A stretch of 55,204 nt of DNA, counting the filler, from Candidatus Omnitrophota bacterium (lineage in GTDB: Bacteria; Omnitrophota; Gorgyraeia; Zapsychrales; JBDRMG01), in assembly GCA_043812495.1 (NCBI GenBank). It is 5 parts of 4 records of this genome, joined end to end, with 100 filler letters (N's around TTAATTAATTAA, not from the genome) between each part and the next. Parts side by side here need not be neighbours in the genome. Positions count along the whole stretch, not along the records: positions 21,018 to 47,027 come from JBDRMG010000058.1; positions 47,128 to 49,925 come from JBDRMG010000064.1; 3 more parts are not named here. The stretch is one strand, 5' to 3'. The position numbers were made by a program, and so were the translations under genes. This document shows, piece after piece, positions 39,851-50,025 of this stretch. The notes under the pieces are model-generated. The model saw only the letters and a program-made list of their open reading frames with translations. It made no database searches and had not been told where the DNA came from. Positions within the stretch are counted from its first letter, which is position 1. Each line of letters begins with the position of its first letter.

Positions 39851-40929
39851 TCTCCTCCCATGTGTAAAGGCTGCCTTCTCGCTTGCCACTGGCCAGGTTG
39901 ATTCTCAAAATGACCGCTGATGGTTGTTGAGCAATATGCGCATTTTCCGTCCTTGATATGATATTCGCCCAATGCATACCAATCACGTTCAATTAAGAGT
40001 TTCTTACAGTGATGACAATAGGTACTGGCTTCTTCTTTTCCGTGAACATTTCCCGCATAGACATACCGTATGCCTTTGGAGATCGCAAGCGACCGTAAAC
40101 GGCTTAATGTTTTAGCCGAAGTCGCAGGATGATCTGTTAATTGAAAATCAGGATGAAAAGCAGAAAGATGCAACGGGACATCCGGTCCCAGTTCTTGAGA
40201 AATCCATTCACACATCCGGCTCATCTCATCATCTGAATCGTTTTCGCCGGGGATGATGAGGGTCGTAATCTCAAGCCACACATCTGTCTTTTTCTTAAGA
40301 TAGATTAACGTGTCCAAAACAGGCTGGAGCTTCCCCAAGGTGAGTCTTTTATAAAAATCGTCCGAGAATGATTTAAGATCAACATTAGCGGCATCCATAG
40401 GCTCAAAAAAATCTTTTCGGGCCTCCGGATTGATATACCCGGCCGTGACCGCCACGGTTTTAATCTTTTGCTGATGGCAGGCCTTAGCCACGTCAATCGC
40501 ATACTCCGCAAAAATCACAGGATCGTTATAGGTGAAGGCGACGCTCTTGCATTGATATTGAACGGCGGCCTCGGCAATCCTCTCTGGCGCTGCCTCTTCG
40601 CAAAGACGATCGGACTCCCTGGATTTACTGATATCCCAGTTTTGGCAAAATTTGCAGCCTAGATTACAACCGGCTGTGCCGAAGGAAAGAATGGCGCTTC
40701 CCGGATAAAAATGATTCAGGGGTTTTTTCTCAATGGGGTCAATGCAGAAACCGCTCGAACGGCCGTACGTTGTTAAAGCCATTTCGCCGCCGATATTCTG
40801 GCGCACGAAGCAAAATCCCCTCTTTCCCTCTTGCAGGATGCATTGTCGCGGACAGAGAGCACAGGTGATCCTTTGGTCTTTTTCTTTTTGATAGTAGCGA
40901 GCTGAATATTCTTTTTTTGGACTCGCCAT
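39847..40929 (-). CDS. amrS: AmmeMemoRadiSam system radical SAM enzyme
   Basis: CALCPRQC, DPIEKKPLNHFYPG, GCNLGCKFCQNWDISK, AFTYNDP, YVYAGNVH. Confidence 0.92.
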   Translation of the reverse strand: MASPKKEYSARYYQKEKDQRITCALCPRQCILQEGKRGFCFVRQNIGGEMALTTYGRSSGFCIDPIEKKPLNHFYPGSAILSFGTAGCNLGCKFCQNWDISKSRESDRLCEEAAPERIAEAAVQYQCKSVAFTYNDPVIFAEYAIDVAKACHQQKIKTVAVTAGYINPEARKDFFEPMDAANVDLKSFSDDFYKRLTLGKLQPVLDTLIYLKKKTDVWLEITTLIIPGENDSDDEMSRMCEWISQELGPDVPLHLSAFHPDFQLTDHPATSAKTLSRLRSLAISKGIRYVYAGNVHGKEEASTYCHHCKKLLIERDWYALGEYHIKDGKCAYCSTTISGHFENQPGQWQARRQPLHMGGE

Positions 40930-41033
40930 AATTAGGTAGGCTATTTAGTTAATGAAATTTCCTAAAATTTATTCCTATTTTTATTAAACACGGTGATAAT
41001 AAAAAATATAAAATTTAAACAAGAAATATTTTA

Positions 41034-41159
41034 AACGCGAATTCACGCAGATCAAACGCCCGGCCTCGATGAGGCCAACGGCCGAGGCAGGCAGATTTTC
41101 GCAGATAGTTCTTCGGAATATCCGCGATCATCCGCGTTAGATCCGCGACCATCTGCGTT
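41034..41159. repeat. Family C palindromic element
   Basis: CACGCAGATCAAACGCCCGGCCTCGA...GGCCGAGGCAGGCAGAT...ATCTGCGTT; homologous to both arms of 15768-16213. Confidence 0.75.
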
Positions 41160-41193
41160 AATTTATTAAGAATGGGGAAACTCCCCAATCAGT

Positions 41194-41772
41194 TTATTTA
41201 ACGATTCCCGCAAAACCCATAAAAGCTAACGAAAGCAATCCCGCGATAATCAAAGCGATGGGTGCGCCTTTCATGGCCTTAGGGATAGGCAGGAGTTCCA
41301 GTCTTTCGCGTATTCCGGAGAAAATAAACAGAGCCAGGGCAAACCCTGTCGCTGTTCCTATCGCAAACACAACGCTCTCTAGAAGATTATATTCTTTTTG
41401 GATAACTAAAATAGCCACGCCAAGAATCGCGCAATTCGTCGTGATCAAAGGCAAATACACGCCCAAGGCTTGATAGAGCCCAGGACTCACCTTTTTTAAT
41501 ATCAGTTCAACCATCTGCACCAAAGACGCGATCACGAGGATGTAAATAATGGTTTGCAGAAATTCGATGTTCAAGGGAACAAGAACATAATTTTGAATGA
41601 GATACGTCACCAGCGTTGCCATGGTCATCACAAATAGGACTGCCGCGCCCATCCCGATCGCGCTTGAGGCTTTATTCGAAACTCCTAAAAAGGGACATAT
41701 CCCCAGAAAGCGCATAAACACAATGTTATTGACCAAAATGGCTGAAATGAGAATCAGAGCGTAATCCATCAT
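41194..41772 (-). CDS. rnfA: Rnf electron transport complex subunit A
   Basis: [30 protein letters not shown]. Confidence 0.95.
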   Translation of the reverse strand: MMDYALILISAILVNNIVFMRFLGICPFLGVSNKASSAIGMGAAVLFVMTMATLVTYLIQNYVLVPLNIEFLQTIIYILVIASLVQMVELILKKVSPGLYQALGVYLPLITTNCAILGVAILVIQKEYNLLESVVFAIGTATGFALALFIFSGIRERLELLPIPKAMKGAPIALIIAGLLSLAFMGFAGIVK

Positions 41773-42353
41773 GATGATTTATGAAGTTTATTGGTTAATG
41801 AAATGAGATACCCCAAGGCAATAAAAGCACCCGGCGGCAGAACAAAAACCAAAATTCCGTCGCTTGCAATAAATTTATATCCGAAAATCGCTCCGCTTCC
41901 TAAGATTTCGCGTGTGAGTCCAAGCAAAGTCACGGCCATTGTGAATCCTAGCCCCATACCTAGACCGTCGATCAGTGACGAAACAAATGTATTTTTGGAC
42001 GCATACGCCTCGGCGCGCCCTAGAATAATGCAGTTCACCACAATCAGCGGAATAAACAAGCCTAGCTGTTCGTATAAATCCGGAAGGTAAGCCGCCATAA
42101 CCAAATCGACAACGGTCACAAAAGACGCGATGATTACAATAAACGAAGGAATACGCACCTTATCGGGAATAAAATCCTTCACGAGCGAAATAACAATATT
42201 CGACATGATTAAAACAAATAAGGTCGCCAGTCCCATTCCGATTCCGTTGATCGCGGTTGTCGTAACACCCAAAGTCGGACATAAGCCCAGCAAAAGAACA
42301 AAGACCGGATTCTCTTTAAAGAAACCTTTCGTAAAATTATTCCATTGGCTCAT
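41769..42353 (-). CDS. rnfE: Rnf subunit E
   Basis: [40 protein letters not shown]. Confidence 0.95.
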   Translation of the reverse strand: MSQWNNFTKGFFKENPVFVLLLGLCPTLGVTTTAINGIGMGLATLFVLIMSNIVISLVKDFIPDKVRIPSFIVIIASFVTVVDLVMAAYLPDLYEQLGLFIPLIVVNCIILGRAEAYASKNTFVSSLIDGLGMGLGFTMAVTLLGLTREILGSGAIFGYKFIASDGILVFVLPPGAFIALGYLISLTNKLHKSS

Positions 42354-42928
42354 AATCTTTCCTTATTTTCGTAAGCTTTGTAAGCACGCTGAACCGCATC
42401 GCAAAATGCCCGTGAGCTAAAAGTTGCCGCCGTAATTGCGTCCACATCTCCTCCGTCTTTTTTGACTTCTAAGCGAAAAACCGAAGGGTCTTTTTCGTTA
42501 AACTGTTGGCTAAAATTAGATTTCTTTTTTTCGATTTTGTCACCCAGTCCCGGCGTCTCCTTATGTTCAATGACTTTAACTTTATAAATAGTCCCATCGG
42601 GCAATAAGCCGACCATAAGTTTAATCTGCCCGCTAAAACCCTGATTGGAATAGGTCTCAATCGCCGTAGCGACCAATTGGCCGTCTTTTTTCGCAGGATA
42701 AAAGATCAGCGGTTGTCCGTCAGCATTAACGGTAAATTTTTCTTCATCCGGATTATTCGTAAATTCAGGAACGACCTCTTTGATCGCGTTGAGCTTTTTG
42801 GCTAAATCCGTCGCGGCCTTCGGTCCTTTAGTCAGTTCATAAACATATCCCAAAGCCGCGGATGAGAACAAGGTCACAAAGAATAACGTCGCGACCATAT
42901 TGATAAATGTCGATTCTTTTTTCGCCAT
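42350..42928 (-). CDS. rnfG: Rnf subunit G
   Basis: [21 protein letters not shown] flavinylation motif. Confidence 0.94.
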   Translation of the reverse strand: MAKKESTFINMVATLFFVTLFSSAALGYVYELTKGPKAATDLAKKLNAIKEVVPEFTNNPDEEKFTVNADGQPLIFYPAKKDGQLVATAIETYSNQGFSGQIKLMVGLLPDGTIYKVKVIEHKETPGLGDKIEKKKSNFSQQFNEKDPSVFRLEVKKDGGDVDAITAATFSSRAFCDAVQRAYKAYENKERL

Positions 42929-42934
42929 GGTAAT

Positions 42935-43924
42935 TTATTCTCCAAAACGTTTCGGTTTGCAATACCGGTCAATGATCGGAACAAAGGCATTCATGATCAG
43001 AATCGCAAAAGAAACGCCTTCCGGATAGGCTCCAAAAACCCTGATAACAACCGTAATCAAACCGATACATACCCCAAAGATAATCATCCCCTGAGGTGAC
43101 ATGGGCGATGTCACGTAATCCGTGGCCATAAAAATCGCGCCTAAAAATACGCCGCCTGAAAGAATCGCAAACAAGGGGTCAGCATACTTATGCGGATTGA
43201 CCACCCACAAGATTCCGGAAAAAACAGCCACAGCGCCGATCATGGAAACAGGAATATGCCATGTAATGATTTTTTTATAAAGCAAATAAAGAAAACCGAC
43301 CAAGAGCGCAAGCGCTGAAACTTCGCCAATGCATCCGCCCACGCGGCCTAAGAACATATCCATGGTTGATGGAACCTGAGTCATCAAATGGCCAATTTGT
43401 TGTCCGTTTTTTATGCCTTCTTTGACTATTCCTAAGGGTGTTGCGCTTGTCACAGCATCGATCATGGACCATCGATTGACCAAAGGCGTCGGCCAGCTTG
43501 TCATGGCCATAGGAAACGAAATGAGAAGGAACACGCGGCCAATCAGGGCCGGATTGAAAGGGTTGTTGCCCAGACCACCAAAAGACATTTTGGCAATAGC
43601 AATCGCCACAAAACTTCCTAAGATGATCATCCACCAAGGCAAATGGCTCGGAACATTGTACGCAAGAAGAATTCCGGTGACGGCTGCCGAGCCATCACTG
43701 ACGCTTGTTTTTGTTTTGAGAATAAATTTTTGAATGAGGTATTCGAAGCAAACAGCCGAAGCAACCGCCAGAAAAGTCACGCGAATAGCATCTAAACCAA
43801 AAACATAAATTGATACCGCAAAGGCCGGCATCAAAGCAAGGATGACGCCGGTCATCATTTTTCGCACCGAATAGGAGCCGAATGAATGGGGCGCTAAGGA
43901 TACGACTAATTGTTTTTGATCCAT
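42935..43924 (-). CDS. rnfD: Rnf subunit D
   Basis: FGGLGNNPFNPAL, DAVTSATPL, MATDYVTSP, YPEGVSFAIL; start 43924 or 43942. Confidence 0.95.
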   Translation of the reverse strand: MDQKQLVVSLAPHSFGSYSVRKMMTGVILALMPAFAVSIYVFGLDAIRVTFLAVASAVCFEYLIQKFILKTKTSVSDGSAAVTGILLAYNVPSHLPWWMIILGSFVAIAIAKMSFGGLGNNPFNPALIGRVFLLISFPMAMTSWPTPLVNRWSMIDAVTSATPLGIVKEGIKNGQQIGHLMTQVPSTMDMFLGRVGGCIGEVSALALLVGFLYLLYKKIITWHIPVSMIGAVAVFSGILWVVNPHKYADPLFAILSGGVFLGAIFMATDYVTSPMSPQGMIIFGVCIGLITVVIRVFGAYPEGVSFAILIMNAFVPIIDRYCKPKRFGE

Positions 43925-43925
43925 A

Positions 43926-45281
43926 TTACGCTCTCGATTCATGAATATTAGCCACTGTGGTTTTCCCTAATTTCAAATAATCTAAAAGCGGCCGATTGGC
44001 CGGACAGATAAAACTGCAGCATCCACATTCACAACAGTTGAGGACTTTCTCAGCCTCGGACTCATCCCATTTCGCGTTTTCAACCAGGGCCATCAATAAA
44101 TACGGTTCAAGTCCCAGAGGGCAAGCGGAAACACATTTCGCGCAGCGGATGCAATTAATGATTTCTTCTCTTTTTGATTCATCTGCTTTAAAAATAGCTA
44201 TGCCGGAAATTCCTTTTGTAACCGGGATATCCAGAGAGCTCAACGCCCGGCCCATCATGGGGCCGCCGCTTAAGATCTTCCCTGTATCTTCGGGCAAACC
44301 GCCGGCCGCTTCTATTAAATGCCCGATTGTTGTTCCGAATCGCGTTAAGAAATTTGACGGTTTTTTTAGTGATTTTCCAGAAACCGATACAACGCGCTCA
44401 AAGAGCGGTTTGTTTTTCTGAACTGCCTCATAAATCGCGAAAACCGTACCGACATTGAACACAGCGCACCCTACATCGATCGGTAATCCTTTTGGCGGCG
44501 GAGGTATTTCACGATTGGTTAAGGCTTTAACAATCTGACGCTCTCCCCCTTGAGGGTATTGCGTCTTGAGGGCATGGATTTCAATCTCTTTTTCGTCTTT
44601 GGTTAAGTTTTTTAATTTCTGAATGGCATCCGGTTTATTGTTTTCGATGCCGATCATGGCTTTATGGATTCCCAAGGCTTTTAAGAGAATCTTTGTTCCG
44701 ATCGTAATCTCTTCGCCCTTTTCCAACATCAGCCGATGGTCGGACGTCAAATAAGGCTCGCATTCCGCCCCATTGATGATGAGAAATTCAACGGTTTTTC
44801 CTTCCGGCGGCATTAATTTGACATGCGACGGAAAGGTCGCGCCGCCTAAACCAACGATTCCGGAATCCTGGACTTTTTTAATAATGCCTTCTTTGCTCTC
44901 AAAGATATCCCGCTTAATATCAGGACTCCTATCGATTGCTTCCATCCAATCATCCCCCTCAACATCAATCAGGATGGCCGTTTTCCTGTAGCCGCTCACA
45001 TCAATAACATCATCGATTTTCTTGACTGTTCCGGATACGGATGAATGAACATTAGCGGAAACGAGGCCTTCGGCTTTTGCGATGAGCTGACCGACCTTCA
45101 CTTTATCATTAATCTGAACAATGGGTGTGGCCGGTTTGCCGATATGCTGAGAAACCGGAATCGCTACGGATTGATGGTGCGGTAAGTTTTCGATCGGCCG
45201 GCCCGCTGAGAATTTATAATCCTCAGGATGGACGCCGCCTACGGGAAAGGACTCAATCTCTTTAGGATTGATTTTGGTCAT
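43926..45281 (-). CDS. rnfC: Rnf subunit C
   Basis: GGVHP, GLGGATFP, NGAECEPYLTSD, GGPMMG, CIRCAKCVSACP, CCECGCCSFICP. Confidence 0.95.
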   Translation of the reverse strand: MTKINPKEIESFPVGGVHPEDYKFSAGRPIENLPHHQSVAIPVSQHIGKPATPIVQINDKVKVGQLIAKAEGLVSANVHSSVSGTVKKIDDVIDVSGYRKTAILIDVEGDDWMEAIDRSPDIKRDIFESKEGIIKKVQDSGIVGLGGATFPSHVKLMPPEGKTVEFLIINGAECEPYLTSDHRLMLEKGEEITIGTKILLKALGIHKAMIGIENNKPDAIQKLKNLTKDEKEIEIHALKTQYPQGGERQIVKALTNREIPPPPKGLPIDVGCAVFNVGTVFAIYEAVQKNKPLFERVVSVSGKSLKKPSNFLTRFGTTIGHLIEAAGGLPEDTGKILSGGPMMGRALSSLDIPVTKGISGIAIFKADESKREEIINCIRCAKCVSACPLGLEPYLLMALVENAKWDESEAEKVLNCCECGCCSFICPANRPLLDYLKLGKTTVANIHESRA

Positions 45282-46146
45282 TGGAATTCACAATCGGTGA
45301 TTGTTCTTCAGTTTCTTTTGGCTTTCTTGGCGGAAAATTGATTTCATGAATAGCGTGCGTCGGACAGACCACAACACACTTCCGGCATAATTTACACTTG
45401 TTATCATCAATGTAAGCGAGATTGTTCTCTAAGGTAATGGCGTTAAACGGACATTCCTTTACGCATTTTCCGCATCCGATGCACGCCACACTGCATGCCT
45501 TTCGAGCAACACCACCTTTGTCTTTATTGATACAGCAAACATAAATCCTTCTTGCCTTTGGTCCTTTTTTTCGAAGTTCTATAATATCTCGCGGACAAGC
45601 CTTTACGCAAGCACCGCAAGCCGTGCATTTGTCTTGATCCACGATAGGTAATTGCGTTGTTTCATCCATATAAATAGCGTCAAACGGGCATACTACAACG
45701 CAATCCCCTAATCCTAAGCAGCCATAGGGGCAATCGGTCTCACCCATATAATAATTGTGCGCAATGACGCATAACGCCGAGCCGTCATATCTATTCTTGC
45801 GTTGACTATGTTCGGGAGTCCCATAACAGCGGACCACCGCCACCATCGGTTCTTTGGTCATCATTTCTTTGCCTAAGATTTTAACGACAACAGCCATGCA
45901 TTCGTTTCCGCCGGCTGGACAGTACATTTTTGTCAAATCATCCGCCTTGGCCACAGCCTCGGCAAAGGCGTGGCAGCCGGGATATCCGCAGGTCCCGCAA
46001 TTGACACCGGGCAAAGCTTTCTCGACTTCGCTGACGCGCGGATCATCCTGGACATGAAACTTCTTTGCGACAAAATAAAGTATCACTCCGGCCAATAGAC
46101 CGACTGTGCAAAGAGAAAGTATTGTATAAAGAATGGTGCTGTTCAT
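45262..46146 (-). CDS. rnfB: Rnf subunit B
   Basis: LPGVNCGTCGYPGC plus several CxxCxxCxxxCP ferredoxin motifs. Confidence 0.94.
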   Translation of the reverse strand: MNSTILYTILSLCTVGLLAGVILYFVAKKFHVQDDPRVSEVEKALPGVNCGTCGYPGCHAFAEAVAKADDLTKMYCPAGGNECMAVVVKILGKEMMTKEPMVAVVRCYGTPEHSQRKNRYDGSALCVIAHNYYMGETDCPYGCLGLGDCVVVCPFDAIYMDETTQLPIVDQDKCTACGACVKACPRDIIELRKKGPKARRIYVCCINKDKGGVARKACSVACIGCGKCVKECPFNAITLENNLAYIDDNKCKLCRKCVVVCPTHAIHEINFPPRKPKETEEQSPIVNSNDQNQS

Positions 46147-46150
46147 AAAA

Positions 46151-46567
46151 TTATCGTTTTAGTGTAAAAATAAAGGCCGACTTAAGTTTCTCCCTAAAGA
46201 AATATAAAATAAGATAATAGGGAATGAGGATAGCTATCGCAACGACACCGGCGATCACTTCGTTTTTTGTTATTGAAGAAGTGATGATCAGGGCCATGAG
46301 AACGACCAAAAACGGGAAAATGTACCCTAAAAATAATGCTTTATAGCCAAGCGTTTGTTTCATAAAGACAACGACAGAATCCCCAATTGTATAATTTTCA
46401 CGCATATTTTTAACTTCGACTGTTTTGGCTTGCGTGTGAAAAACCGGACACGCTCCCTGAGATTGACATGAACCGCATGCTGATGTGTTCTCAAGCTCGA
46501 CTAGAATAACATCATCATCGATGGCCTTAACGACACCTTTATGTTCAATTGTCTGGGTGCGATCCAT
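46151..46567 (-). CDS. rseC: RseC/MucC family protein
   Basis: IEHKGVV, SACGSCQSQGAC, two C-terminal TM helices; precedes rnfB. Confidence 0.88.
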   Translation of the reverse strand: MDRTQTIEHKGVVKAIDDDVILVELENTSACGSCQSQGACPVFHTQAKTVEVKNMRENYTIGDSVVVFMKQTLGYKALFLGYIFPFLVVLMALIITSSITKNEVIAGVVAIAILIPYYLILYFFREKLKSAFIFTLKR

Positions 46568-46773
46568 TAGAGATGCTTTCGTTTCTGATACACTTCGATA
46601 AAATGTTCAATGGAGCGGTCATAGGTTTTTTCGGCATCCGGTGGGAAAAAGCAAGCCGGCAGGCATCCTTTGGCACGATGATAATGCAGGCATTCACAGC
46701 AAATTCCCTTTTTCTCGCAAGAATAAGTGCAATTGCATATGTCTAGATTTCTTTGTTTATTTACACACTTCAT
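46567..46773 (-). CDS. Small Cys-rich conserved protein (DUF6485-like)
   Basis: MKC...[20 protein letters not shown]....LPACFF...EKTYDRS; ATG 46773 with GAAGGAG RBS. Confidence 0.8.
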   Translation of the reverse strand: MKCVNKQRNLDICNCTYSCEKKGICCECLHYHRAKGCLPACFFPPDAEKTYDRSIEHFIEVYQKRKHL

Positions 46774-47027
46774 GTTGGCTCCTTCAATGAGCCCGCCACT
46801 GATTCGATGGCGGACGAATTGAACCCCCGCACCAATTTGACATGAAACGCTAAGCTCGAACAAAACGGTCTCATTGTGTCTAATCCATTCAGTACTTTGT
46901 TAAAAAATATTTTAAAATAATTTTTTTACGTTTATTTTGAAAAACTGTCTTTACGTAAAATTTGCGGAATCATAACTTACGTCATTTCAATGCGTTGCGT
47001 CAAATTTTCTTCATTTCCCCTTGATTT

Positions 47028-47127
47028 NNNNNNNNNNNNNNNNNNNNNNNNNNNNNNNNNNNNNNNNNNNNTTAATTAATTAANNNNNNNNNNNNNNNNN
47101 NNNNNNNNNNNNNNNNNNNNNNNNNNN
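47028..47127. other. Artificial contig linker
   Basis: 100-nt N/TTAATTAATTAA spacer. Confidence 0.98.
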
Positions 47128-47134
47128 CCGAAAA

Positions 47135-47692
47135 TAGATACCCACGGCTTTACAGCCGTGGTACTTTATTTAACTTATAATTCAAGCTCCGCTTGACCAG
47201 TATCTTCTTTCCCCTGGCGAGCTACATATCGCTTAATCACTTCTTCGGTAATTCCCACAGTCGACACAAAGTAACCCACTGACCATACTCCTTTGTCACC
47301 CCGATACATCCTTTTTAAAAATGTAAATTTTTCTCTCATTCTTCGACTTGTATTCTTTTTAAGCGTCTCCACCACATAGGATACTGAATACTTCGGAGGA
47401 ATCACCATATGAATATGAACGTGATCGTCCGCTATTCCTATTTCTTTAAACTCCCAATCAGGATAATGCTTTATTGCCTCTTTGAATGTGATCTTTAGAT
47501 AATCTTTTATTCCTTTGACCAGTATCTTTCTGCGATATCGCGCTATCCATAGAATATGATACTACGTCCGATAGATGGCATGTGCGCTTTTTCTAACTCT
47601 CATGCAACCATTATATCAAATAGCATGGCACGATACTGGTACGGCTCTCCTCCCCGCCTTAAATAAAGGCGGGGATTCCCCGCTGGGTTTGA
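47135..47692 (-). mobile_element. IS200-family element (tnpA only) with terminal hairpins
   Basis: Hairpins CCACGGC-TTTACA-GCCGTGG (47142-47161) and TCCCCGCCTT-AAATA-AAGGCGGGGA (about 47651-47675) flank tnpA. Confidence 0.85.
47175..47603 (-). pseudogene. tnpA: IS200/IS605 Y1 transposase TnpA with in-frame TAG at codon 14
   Basis: MRVRKSAHAIYRT*YHILWIARYRRKIL...DDHVHIHMVIPPKYSVS (HUH)...YFVSTVG...IKRYVARQ; TAG at 47564-47562. Confidence 0.88.
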
Positions 47693-47752
47693 CCCAGCCC
47701 GCCACTGAATCAATGGCGGGCGGGGATAAAGCAAATACAATTACGATTTTTC
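47693..47752 (+). repeat. Family A element, partial copy abutting the IS200 end
   Basis: CCCAGCCCGCCACTGAATCAATGGCGGGCGGGGATAAAGCAAATACAAT matches the reverse complement of about 13016-13064. Confidence 0.8.
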
Positions 47753-47753
47753 A

Positions 47754-48839
47754 TTATATAATTTTAACGATATTGTCGACAGCCTGTGGGAAAGCGAGAT
47801 GATTGATCTTTTCTTTCGTGTGCTGAAAATAACTTTGCGAACGGGCTAGCTTTTTCAGTTCCTCGATGATGATATCCACGTGTCCGTGGCTATTGATGCC
47901 GATGCCGTACGTATTAAGCACATGAACATTGTTTTCTTCTTGACCGGGAATGGCATTAAAAAAGATCAACGGTAATCGGCTCACCAAGGCCTCCGAAATC
48001 GAAAGGCCCCCGGGCTTGGTGACCATGCAATCGCTCACGGCCATCAATTCATGCATATTATCCACTAAACCAAAGATTTTGGCCTGAGGGATATTTTGCC
48101 GCTTGAGTCTTTGGAATAGACTCTTGTTGCGCCCGCAGACCACCAGGACCTGAAATTCTTCCAGTTCTTTCACGATTTCTTCGATCGGACCAATGCCAAA
48201 CGAACCTGTCGCGATCAAAACAGTAAAAAGGCCTTCCTTGACGCCCAGCTTAGCTTTCAAGGCCCGCACATCCTTGGTCTGTGCAAATTTCTTATCCGTC
48301 GGAATGCCGGTAATCACGGCTTTATCCGACGCCACATGAAGTCGCGCAAGACTCTGCTTGGTATATTCGCAAGCCACGGCGTAGAAATCAATGGCTTCGG
48401 CCAGCCAAATATTGTGCACATCGTAATCGGTCACCACGCAAATAATCGTTGATCTGATCTTATTTGTCTTTTTTAAGAAGGATGCGATTTCATTGGGAAA
48501 GAAATGCGTTGAGACAATAAAATCAAATTGCTCCTCTTCTAAATACAAATGAAATCTTTTCGCGTTCAGAGAATTAAAGAATCGCCTGCAAAATCGCACC
48601 AAAGGACAAAGCCAGGGAATAGCCGTAACCCAGAAAAAGAATCCCCACAGCCACGGTAATTTTGTGATCAAAAGGGTATACCCAGCCCGGTAGATTTTCT
48701 TGTAAAAATCATTGGTGTAATCCAGGGCATCAACCAATGACAATTGGTCGCGGCCTTTTTCCTTAAGCCGATTGTAAATCGCTTCAGCGGCTTTTGTGTG
48801 ACCGGCCCCGGCCGAGGCATGGGTGATGAGAATTTTCAT
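47754..48839 (-). CDS. MGDG synthase/UgtP-like GT28 glycosyltransferase
   Basis: ASAGAGHTKAAEA, STHFFP, VVTDYDVHNIW, TKPGGLSISEAL, IPGQEENN. Confidence 0.88.
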   Translation of the reverse strand: MKILITHASAGAGHTKAAEAIYNRLKEKGRDQLSLVDALDYTNDFYKKIYRAGYTLLITKLPWLWGFFFWVTAIPWLCPLVRFCRRFFNSLNAKRFHLYLEEEQFDFIVSTHFFPNEIASFLKKTNKIRSTIICVVTDYDVHNIWLAEAIDFYAVACEYTKQSLARLHVASDKAVITGIPTDKKFAQTKDVRALKAKLGVKEGLFTVLIATGSFGIGPIEEIVKELEEFQVLVVCGRNKSLFQRLKRQNIPQAKIFGLVDNMHELMAVSDCMVTKPGGLSISEALVSRLPLIFFNAIPGQEENNVHVLNTYGIGINSHGHVDIIIEELKKLARSQSYFQHTKEKINHLAFPQAVDNIVKII

Positions 48840-49386
48840 TTAAAATAATCCTTGTCGCGCATAATAAATCTTTTTTGATATAGTCCGGCTGAACGGCCCA
48901 TGTTTTGACGACGTGCCGTGAGGGCTCGCGGCCCGAGAGAACAAAAATCGTTTTGCATTTGGCGTTGTGGCCGGCCTCGATGTCTGAGCGTGCATCACCG
49001 ACAAAATAGGCATATTTCGCGTCTTTGATGGTTCTTTTAAGCGACTGCAAGGCCTTGACAACCGAACCGATTTGGGGTTTTCGACAGTCACAGTTTTCTT
49101 CAGGGCGATGGATGCAATAAAAAACCTTCTTGATGCGTCCGCCTTTTTTGCGCACCTCATCAATCATGCGGCGATTGATGCGATTGAGCTTGTCGAGGCT
49201 GTAAACACCTTTGGAAATTCCTGCTTGGTTGGAAATTACGAAAATGGCATATCCATTTTCCGTTAGCAGCTTGATAGCTTCAAGCGATCCCGGTAAAAAT
49301 TTAAAATCTTTGACCTTGGTCACATAATTTCTGTAGCCGGGAAACTCATTGATCACACCGTCGCGGTCAAGAAAGACAACTTTCAT
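48784..49386 (-). CDS. gmhB: D-glycero-D-manno-heptose-1,7-bisphosphate phosphatase-like HAD
   Basis: FLDRDGVIN, SNQAG, CIH....CDCRKP, VGD..SDIEAG. Confidence 0.85.
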   Translation of the reverse strand: MKVVFLDRDGVINEFPGYRNYVTKVKDFKFLPGSLEAIKLLTENGYAIFVISNQAGISKGVYSLDKLNRINRRMIDEVRKKGGRIKKVFYCIHRPEENCDCRKPQIGSVVKALQSLKRTIKDAKYAYFVGDARSDIEAGHNAKCKTIFVLSGREPSRHVVKTWAVQPDYIKKDLLCATRIILNENSHHPCLGRGRSHKSR

Positions 49387-49925
49387 TTACCTTGGGTCCT
49401 CTTCATTTCCCAAAATTTGGCATAGCTCATGATTTGATAAAGCGAATCAAAAAAGGCCATCATAAAACCAATAAAACCGTCCTTACGTCCTTTTTTTCTA
49501 AAATACCGGCGAGGAAAACGGTCTACCGCGCGCCACATGGCTTTGCCGAATGTCATTTTGCGGTTGGTCAAAATCCATTTGCGCGCCTCAAGTGTTGTCT
49601 GGCGATTTAAGCTTCCCAAAAATTGTTCAAAATTATTAGCCAGTTTATGAATAAGATCACCCTCGAGATCACCCGCTTTCCCTTGGAAAAAAACACGCGG
49701 ATGGACTTCGACTTCCTCATAGCGGAAAAGACTTTTTTTGAACATCTTCAGTTTTCCAAAATACCATCCGCCGTAGCGAATCCAGTAATCGCCTAGAAAA
49801 TTGCGTGATTTGATATTAAAAGCGTCCACCTCTGTGTTAGGAATCGTCTGGATGATCGATTGTTTGAGCTCCTCGGTCACGGACTCATCGGCATCAAGGC
49901 TCAAAATCCATTCGTTGCGGGTTTG
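49383..49925 (-). CDS. GT2 glycosyltransferase (WaaE/KdtX-like), 5'-truncated by contig edge
   Basis: NEWILSLDADE, RNFLGDYWIRYGGWY, VHP, GRKDGFIGF. Confidence 0.85.
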   Translation of the reverse strand, partial: QTRNEWILSLDADESVTEELKQSIIQTIPNTEVDAFNIKSRNFLGDYWIRYGGWYFGKLKMFKKSLFRYEEVEVHPRVFFQGKAGDLEGDLIHKLANNFEQFLGSLNRQTTLEARKWILTNRKMTFGKAMWRAVDRFPRRYFRKKGRKDGFIGFMMAFFDSLYQIMSYAKFWEMKRTQGK

Positions 49926-50025
49926 NNNNNNNNNNNNNNNNNNNNNNNNNNNNNNNNNNNNNNNNNNNNTTAATTAATTAANNNNNNNNNNNNNNNNNNN
50001 NNNNNNNNNNNNNNNNNNNNNNNNN
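49926..50025. other. Artificial contig linker
   Basis: 100-nt N/TTAATTAATTAA spacer. Confidence 0.98.

Noticed and set aside
47562..47564. In-frame TAG as evidence of stop-codon recoding or pyrrolysine
   Set aside because: TAG terminates ordinary genes here (uppP, xth, ABC permease, 628-aa gene); a nonsense mutation or sequencing error is simpler
48784..48839. 56-bp overlap between gmhB and the glycosyltransferase
   Set aside because: A non-conserved tail extension past the HAD domain; common and not informative
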